A program made the position numbers and the translations under genes. This document shows positions 58,393-64,000 of a DNA stretch of 64,000 nt, one piece after another. Where the stretch lies: assembly GCA_041652815.1 (NCBI GenBank), contig JBAZGN010000001.1:701855-765854 (forward strand), written 5' to 3'. This stretch comes from Candidatus Omnitrophota bacterium (GTDB lineage: Bacteria; Omnitrophota; Gorgyraeia; Duberdicusellales; 4484-171). How positions within the stretch are numbered: position 1 is the stretch's first letter; each line of letters opens with the position of its first letter. Below the pieces are notes generated by a model, which worked only from the letters and a program-made list of their open reading frames with translations, was not told the DNA's origin and ran no database searches.

Positions 58393-58499
58393 AACAGATG
58401 AAGAATGTTGAGGCTAAGGTTAAGGTCGAGTAGCAAATTTCCCAGCCTTAACCCCAACCCCAGCCTTAACCTTTATATAATACCTGTATTTTATTGTCT

Positions 58500-58527
58500 T
58501 TGTCAACAAAATATACTATGCTATAAT
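58500..58527 (+). promoter_or_regulatory. Promoter TTGTCA-16-TATAAT ending 6 nt before the ATG of the AEC transporter (possible leaderless mRNA)
   Basis: ttgtca 58500-58505, tataat 58522-58527, ATG 58534. Confidence 0.4.
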
Positions 58528-58533
58528 TCTATT

Positions 58534-59481
58534 ATGCTTGAAATATCTTTAGCTGTCATAAAGCTCACTATAATCACTATATTGGGATATTATTTTTACA
58601 AGAAGAATATTGTCGACCAAAAAGTCCTTGATTTCCTGATTTTATTTGTTGTAAATTTTACTATTCCTTTTTTGGCTTTTTCTCATATAGTTGGAAGTTT
58701 ACAACGAGATATCCAGCCACAGCCTTTTATATTTATACTTTTAAGTTTTGTAATTTTTGGTGTAAGTTTTATTTTAGGGTATATTTTTTCATTCAAAAGG
58801 AGCCATGAATTCAAAAAAGAATTTACCAGCATTGTGAGTTTTCAGAATTGCGGATATCTCCCTTTGAGTATGGCTGCTTTTTTGTTTCCCGCAAATGTGA
58901 GAGAAAAATTTATTATCTATACTTTTCTTTACATAGTTGGTTTCGATATAATTTTCTGGTCTGTAGGCACTTATTTTATTTTTAAAAAGAAAGGCGAGCA
59001 ATTAAAATTGAAATCTATTTTCACTCCGCCGATAATTGCAACCTTATCGGCTATCCTTTTTGTGTATGCAGGTATCGTAAAATTTATACCACAGGTTTTA
59101 CTTGAACCGATTAAAATGATAGGTGATACAAGTTTTGTGCTTTCAATGTTGATTTTGGGCTGTTGGCTTGCGCGTATTGATACTACGTCGTTAGGCAAAA
59201 GATTGCCGATAGTCCTAGAGGCAAGTGCGCTTAAGCTTATAGTTATTCCTCTTATTTTCCTGATTTCTGTCATAAAATTTGATATTTCTTCTCTTTTTGG
59301 GCTTTTTGTTATCATGCAGGCTGCGATGCCCTCTGCAGTATCTTTGCCTATTATTGTTAATTTACATAAAGCTGATAGCGAGTTTGTTTCTCAGGGGGTG
59401 TTGTTTACGCACATTTTAAGCATACTCACTATTCCCTTATGGGTCGGTTTATATCTAAAATTTTCTCATTTTTCTTTTTAA
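58534..59481 (+). CDS. Auxin efflux carrier (AEC) family membrane transporter
   Basis: ~10 TM segments, 316 aa from ATG 58534; ORF-track N-terminal extension (58405) is low-complexity and likely untranslated. Confidence 0.65.
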   Translation: MLEISLAVIKLTIITILGYYFYKKNIVDQKVLDFLILFVVNFTIPFLAFSHIVGSLQRDIQPQPFIFILLSFVIFGVSFILGYIFSFKRSHEFKKEFTSIVSFQNCGYLPLSMAAFLFPANVREKFIIYTFLYIVGFDIIFWSVGTYFIFKKKGEQLKLKSIFTPPIIATLSAILFVYAGIVKFIPQVLLEPIKMIGDTSFVLSMLILGCWLARIDTTSLGKRLPIVLEASALKLIVIPLIFLISVIKFDISSLFGLFVIMQAAMPSAVSLPIIVNLHKADSEFVSQGVLFTHILSILTIPLWVGLYLKFSHFSF

Positions 59482-59565
59482 TATGAACCCAGCCCCTCCG
59501 AAGTAGCATATAACCTATCGGAGAGGCAGAGGGGGTACATTAAAAATTTTGAATGGAGGGGCTAG

Positions 59566-60024
59566 GTGAAAATAATAGCTACCAACAGAAAAGCAAGAAG
59601 GGATTACGAAATCTTAGAAACTTATGAAGCGGGCATCGAGCTTAAAGGAACAGAGGTTAAATCGCTTCGTACGCGCGGTTGCTCCATAGAGGAAGCATTT
59701 GCAAGGATTGATGGCGGAGAAGTATTTGCTTACAATTTAAATATACCGGAATACGAAAAAAGTTTTTATTTTAGGTCAAGCCCAAAAAGGATACGTAAGC
59801 TTTTACTCCATAAAAAGGAAATAAAACGCCTTATAGGGCTTACTACCCAGCGTGGGCTTACTCTTATACCGCTTAAAATATATTTTAATGATAATAATTT
59901 GGTTAAGATAGAAATTTCTCTGGCCAAGGGAAAGCTACTGCATGATAAGCGCAGAAAGATAAGGGAAGAGATAGCCGACCGCGAAACAAGACGTGAACTA
60001 AAAAGGTTCAATAAGGCACGGTAA
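59566..60024 (+). CDS. smpB: SsrA-binding protein
   Basis: KIIATNRKARRDYEILETYEAGIELKGTEVKSLR. Confidence 0.85.
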   Translation: MKIIATNRKARRDYEILETYEAGIELKGTEVKSLRTRGCSIEEAFARIDGGEVFAYNLNIPEYEKSFYFRSSPKRIRKLLLHKKEIKRLIGLTTQRGLTLIPLKIYFNDNNLVKIEISLAKGKLLHDKRRKIREEIADRETRRELKRFNKAR

Positions 60025-60035
60025 AACGTTAATTC

Positions 60036-60056
60036 GCCCCGACGTTACGTCGGGGC
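60036..60056 (+). terminator. GC hairpin gccccgacg-ttac-gtcggggc after smpB
   Basis: perfect 8-bp stem. Confidence 0.45.
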
Positions 60057-60073
60057 TCATTAAGGAGGATACA

Positions 60074-60859
60074 ATGGGCGATATGGTAAATTTAGCTGTT
60101 GACGCTGCTAAGGAGGCTGGAATACATCTTCTAAACAATTTCGGCAAAATCGGAAAAATCGAGAGTAAAGGCGATAGAAATCTGGCAACTAATTTTGATA
60201 AAGAAGCAGAACAGATAATTGTAGATAAGGTAAAAAGCAAATTTCCCGGGCACGGTATTCTTGCCGAAGAAGGCGGAGGAAGTAGCCTGGATAGTGATTT
60301 TATATGGATAATTGACCCTCTGGACGGCACCCATAACTTCATACGAAATATTAATATTTTCGGTGTTTCTATAGGGATTTTGCATAGGAATAAATTCGTT
60401 GCCGGAGTTATCTATATGCCGGTTGATGATGAATTATACGTGGGAGAAAAAAACAATGGAGCTTATAAAAATAACGAAAAAATCTGTGTATCTTCTACTA
60501 AAGAATTAAAAGAGTGCTCCATTTCTTTTGATTCAAGCATACGGTATTCCCCGGATGTTATGCTTAATGTATTGGGAGATTTATCCAAAGAAATATTTAA
60601 TGTGAGAATGTTAGGCTCATCCGCCAGGGCGTTATCTTATGTGACAGAAGGAAAACTTGATTTTTCCGTTGAGTTCCATGACCGTCCATGGGATTTTGCA
60701 GGCAGTGTGTGTATACTTGAAGAAGCCGGAGGAAAAATAACCGACTTAAAAGGACAAGATGTTACTCATGAAACAATAGGTTATATAGCGTCAAATGGCA
60801 TAACGCATAGTAAAATCCAGAGGATTGTTTTTTCACGCATAAATCCAGCCCAATATTGA
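60074..60859 (+). CDS. suhB: Inositol monophosphatase family protein
   Basis: WIIDPLDGTHNF, ILAEEGG. Confidence 0.8.
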   Translation: MGDMVNLAVDAAKEAGIHLLNNFGKIGKIESKGDRNLATNFDKEAEQIIVDKVKSKFPGHGILAEEGGGSSLDSDFIWIIDPLDGTHNFIRNINIFGVSIGILHRNKFVAGVIYMPVDDELYVGEKNNGAYKNNEKICVSSTKELKECSISFDSSIRYSPDVMLNVLGDLSKEIFNVRMLGSSARALSYVTEGKLDFSVEFHDRPWDFAGSVCILEEAGGKITDLKGQDVTHETIGYIASNGITHSKIQRIVFSRINPAQY

Positions 60860-61010
60860 CACGGAAAGAATATATGTTAACATAAAATTATTATAGTTTT
60901 TGTATTCTTCCCAGCATCTTTCCCGTAAAAATACTTAAACGCATCCGAATACATATAATAAGCAAATTATCTAAAGGCATATAAATACAATTACAACAAC
61001 TAAGGATTTT

Positions 61011-63209
61011 ATGAAAAATTATGCGTATGGTTTCCCGCGTTTAGGCAAGTGCCGTGAATTTAAAAAATCAATAGAAGATTTCTGGGAAGGCAAAATCAAC
61101 GAGAAGCAATTAGTTTCGCTCCTTAATGCCGTAGAAGAAGAGCGTATTTGTTTCTACAAAGAATATGTTGACGCTTTTCCTCTTGGTGAATTTACATATT
61201 ACGACAATATTCTTGATACAGCGCTTATCTTCGGCGTCTATAATTTTAAGAATTTTGAAACATATTTCAATTACGCGCGCGGGAAAAATACCTTAGAACT
61301 TAAAAAATACTTCAATACAAATTATCACTATCTTGTTCCTTCAATAGAAAATAATTTCGAATTTAAACTTTCCTGGAACAAGCCGCTTTTCTATTTTAAA
61401 ACATTTTTTTCATTCAAAGATGACCCAGTTTTTTTAATTGGCCCTTACACATTTTTGAGGCTAAGCAGGTTAAACGAAGATTTTGATAAAGCTTTTGAAA
61501 GGCTATGCGCCGCATATAAAAAACTTTTAGGTGAGTTAAAAAATAACCACGTTCATAGCATACATTTGGAAGAACCAGCTTTTTGCCTTGATGTCACAAA
61601 GAAAGACATAAAATCAATAGTAAGCAATTATAAAAAAATGATTCCCAGCGGGCTTAACATAAATCTTATAACCTATTATGAAAGCGTAGATTTTCTGCCG
61701 CACTTGTATGAATTGCCTGTATCCGGTATAGGTTTGGATTTTATCGCAGGCGAGGATAATATTGATATTTTGAAAAAAAATGGTTTTCCAAAAGATAAAA
61801 AACTAATCTGCGGTTTAGTTGACGGCAGGAATCCGTTACGTTCAAATATAGAAGAAAAAGTTAAATTTCTGGAACTGATAAAGCGCGTTTCAAAATTAAG
61901 CGAAGAAAACATTATTGTATCTAATAGCGCGCCGCTTTTCCATTTACCCGTTACGCTAGACAACGAAGAAAATCTCGATGATAATATAAAGTCGAAAATA
62001 AGCTTTGCGAAGGAAAGATTGTATGAAATCAAACTTATCACGCAATTCTGTGAAGGAAAAACAAAAGCAGCGCGGAAGTGGAGCAGTAAAGTCACAAGTG
62101 GGCTTAGAAATAATATAGTTAAAAAAGATTTTGACACCTTGTCGCTTTTGCCAAAAAATTATACAAATAGAAAAAAACTTCAACAGAAAATTTTGAACTT
62201 GCCACTTTTTCCTACAACAACAATAGGAAGTTTTCCTCAGGATAAGGAGCTGCGTAAAGTTCGTTTCGGTTTTACGAGAGGGAATGTTTCTTTGCATGAC
62301 TATGATAACTTTATAAGAGCCAAAATTTTTAATTTTATAGAAAAACAAGAAGAAATCGGCCTTGATATACTTACGCACGGTGAATTTGAGAGAACGGATA
62401 TGGTTGAATTCTTTGCGCAGAGGCTTAAAGGGTTTATAACAACCCAGAATGGCTGGGTTATTTCATATGGAACAAGAGTGTACCGGCCGCCTATAATTTA
62501 CGATGAAATAAAAAGGGAACGGCCTTTAACCTTGAAGGAAACTTTTTATGCCCAAAGCATAGCCCCAAAGCCTGTAAAAGGCATTATCACCGGGCCAATT
62601 ACTATTCTTGCCTGGAGTTATAATTTACGAAGCAGCCCGCTATGTATGATTTCTTTTGAGCTTGCCCATGCCCTCAATGAAGAGGTAAAAAATTTAGCGC
62701 AGAACGAAATAAAGATAATTCAAATAGATGAGCCCGCGATAAGGGAATTTGCACCATTAAAGAAAAGAAAAAAAGGTTTCTATTTTAGCTGGGCGGTGCG
62801 CAGTTTTAATATCGCTTCCCGGCTTTCGCCTGAGGTGCAAATTCATACTCACCTATGTTATTCAGAATTTTCTGAAATTATAAATTGGATAAAAAAAATG
62901 AATTTTGACGTAATCACCATTGAAGCCGCAAGGGAGGGCGCAAAGATAACAAATTCTTTCAAGGGTGTAAAATTTAACCGTGCCATAGGCCCTGGAGTTT
63001 GGGATATACATTCAAAATATCCGGCAGACGATAAAGTTATCCGTGGTGTTTTGGATAAAAGCATTAAAATATTTGGCCCAAAGAATGTCTGGATTAATCC
63101 TGATTGTGGCCTAAAAACAAGAAAATGGGAAGAGGTGGAAACTTCTCTAAGGTTAATGGTCAAAATTGCCAAAATCTATAGAAATAAATTCAAGAATCGC
63201 ACAATTTGA
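61011..63209 (+). CDS. metE: Cobalamin-independent methionine synthase (5-methyltetrahydropteroyltriglutamate--homocysteine S-methyltransferase)
   Basis: 732 aa; TTTIGSFPQ, HLCYSEFS, NPDCGLKTR. Confidence 0.9.
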   Translation: MKNYAYGFPRLGKCREFKKSIEDFWEGKINEKQLVSLLNAVEEERICFYKEYVDAFPLGEFTYYDNILDTALIFGVYNFKNFETYFNYARGKNTLELKKYFNTNYHYLVPSIENNFEFKLSWNKPLFYFKTFFSFKDDPVFLIGPYTFLRLSRLNEDFDKAFERLCAAYKKLLGELKNNHVHSIHLEEPAFCLDVTKKDIKSIVSNYKKMIPSGLNINLITYYESVDFLPHLYELPVSGIGLDFIAGEDNIDILKKNGFPKDKKLICGLVDGRNPLRSNIEEKVKFLELIKRVSKLSEENIIVSNSAPLFHLPVTLDNEENLDDNIKSKISFAKERLYEIKLITQFCEGKTKAARKWSSKVTSGLRNNIVKKDFDTLSLLPKNYTNRKKLQQKILNLPLFPTTTIGSFPQDKELRKVRFGFTRGNVSLHDYDNFIRAKIFNFIEKQEEIGLDILTHGEFERTDMVEFFAQRLKGFITTQNGWVISYGTRVYRPPIIYDEIKRERPLTLKETFYAQSIAPKPVKGIITGPITILAWSYNLRSSPLCMISFELAHALNEEVKNLAQNEIKIIQIDEPAIREFAPLKKRKKGFYFSWAVRSFNIASRLSPEVQIHTHLCYSEFSEIINWIKKMNFDVITIEAAREGAKITNSFKGVKFNRAIGPGVWDIHSKYPADDKVIRGVLDKSIKIFGPKNVWINPDCGLKTRKWEEVETSLRLMVKIAKIYRNKFKNRTI

Positions 63210-63299
63210 ATCATTTAAATCGTTTATACAAGAACTAATTTCCCGCAAAAGCCGCCAAAATAGCTTTATCCGGCAAAGCCCTTTACAGCCCTAAAAAGG

Positions 63300-63420
63300 C
63301 TAGTATAATAAACAAAAGACCAAAGACTAAAATCAGTAGTTTATAGTTGGTAGATTGTAGTTTATTCAAATAAAAACCGATTTTTTAACTAACTACAAAC
63401 TACAAATTACTAACTACTTT
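63300..63420. repeat. AT-rich imperfect palindrome (family 3, ACTAC/GTAGT words), related copy at 63715-63820
   Basis: agtagtttatagttggtagattgtagttt ... aactacaaactacaaattactaactac. Confidence 0.5.
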
Positions 63421-63510
63421 TTTGATCTATGGTCTTTTATCTGCTCCTTGCAGATGTCTGCTCGGAGCCGAAAAAAATTAAAGAATAACCCTGTATATTT
63501 ACATTTTTTT

Positions 63511-63588
63511 CGGGGCGTGGCTCAGTCCGGCTAGAGCACTTGGTTTGGGACCAAGGAGTCGGTGGTTCAAATCCACTCGCCCCGACCA
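63511..63588 (+). tRNA. tRNA-Pro (anticodon TGG), CCA encoded
   Basis: CGGGGCG-TG-GCTC..GAGC-A-CTTGG-TTTGGGA-CCAAG-GAGTC-GGTGGTTCAAATCCACT-CGCCCCG-A-CCA. Confidence 0.85.
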
Positions 63589-63664
63589 GAATTTCATAAC
63601 AAATACAGGGAAAGCCGTGGGTTCCCCGCCACAATAATTAGTTATTTAGGCGGGTCCCGCCAAA

Positions 63665-63688
63665 GGCGGGAAAATCCCACTCTCCCGA
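63665..63688 (+). repeat. Near-duplicate of the tRNA-Pro 3' end (aatcccactctcccgaccag vs aatccactcgccccgaccag), preceded by hairpin cccgccaaaggcggg
   Basis: seen directly, ~85 bp downstream of the tRNA. Confidence 0.55.
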
Positions 63689-63818
63689 CCAGTTCAGCTG
63701 TCAAAAAGTTTTGTTCGTTTAAAAGCGGATGGTGGTAGTTGTAGCTTGTTTGAAGAAAAATTTAAAATTAGTCTTTTGACTAACTTCAAACTACTAATTA
63801 CTATTATAGGAGGTGGTT

Positions 63819-64000
63819 ATGGTTTTAAGAAAAGTTTCAGTTGCGTTGCTGATTATGGTATTGTTTGCCGGTTTTGTTTATGCAGAAGGCATAGCTTCAA
63901 AGGAAGAGGCATATAAGTATTTTAATGAGGGCGTAAAAGCGCAGAAGGCCGGAGATTTTGAAAAAGCCAGCAAGGAATACTCAATGGCTATGATGCTTAC
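63819..64000 (+). CDS. Secreted TPR-like repeat protein, N-terminal fragment (continues past the window)
   Basis: ggaggtggttATG; signal peptide VLRKVSVALLIMVLFAGFVYA; EEAYKYFNEGVKAQKAGDFEKASKEY TPR-like. Confidence 0.45.
   Translation, partial: MVLRKVSVALLIMVLFAGFVYAEGIASKEEAYKYFNEGVKAQKAGDFEKASKEYSMAMML

Noticed and set aside
58405-58533. N-terminal 43-codon extension of the AEC transporter ORF (MLRLRLRSSSKFPSLNPNPS...)
   Set aside because: Low-complexity sequence overlapping a strong TTGTCA-16-TATAAT promoter. AEC-family proteins fit the 316-aa product starting at ATG 58534.
61676-62378. Two overlapping minus-strand ORFs (153 and 140 aa)
   Set aside because: Both are antisense within metE.

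Overview
AT-rich bacterial chromosomal window, probably from an uncultivated lineage (I cannot assign taxonomy from sequence alone). It is densely packed and almost entirely co-oriented on the + strand; only a CPBP protease gene and two tRNAs are on the - strand. Gene content: recA 3' end, an HtrA protease, recX, alaS, hisD-hisB-hisH-hisA, rplM-rpsI, riboflavin genes ribBA-ribH-nusB with ribD nearby, a PHP phosphoesterase, a nitroreductase, mazG, a PilZ-like protein plus a DUF362 Fe-S protein, an AddA/AddB-like helicase-nuclease pair, a DEAD-box helicase, a PP-loop tRNA thiolase, unfused coaB and coaC, rmuC, yggU, yfiH, and a glycine-cleavage operon (gcvT-gcvH-gcvPA-gcvPB) followed by a lipoate ligase. 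A large type IV pilus / T2SS-like locus follows in two parts. The first is a minor-pilin cluster carrying an extremely cysteine-rich secreted protein. It is separated by lipA and an excisionase-type HTH gene from the second: a pilM/N fusion, pilO, pilP, a pilQ secretin, the pilB ATPase, pilC, four pilins and an outer-membrane barrel protein. After that come an FAD oxidase, pit plus its DUF47 partner, pyrE, an M48 peptidase, tRNA-Ser, tRNA-Leu, an AEC transporter, smpB, an IMPase, metE and tRNA-Pro. The coding genes are mostly ordinary; what stands out is the non-coding fraction. (i) A dispersed inverted-repeat family, CACAGATGATCRCAGAT and its reverse complement, brackets many intergenic regions. 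(ii) Several families of long AT-rich palindromes separate every glycine-cleavage gene and flank tRNA-Pro. (iii) A ~100-nt structured leader element occurs twice with compensatory base changes, in front of a DEAD-box helicase and an OMP gene. (iv) Tandem 124-bp repeats each carry a copy of the tRNA-Leu 3' end, resembling att scars. (v) The pilus locus has unusual organisation: insertion between lplA and lipA, a Cys-rich putative tip protein, and a PilMN fusion. I found no recognisable FMN, glycine, SAM or B12 riboswitches where they would be expected.
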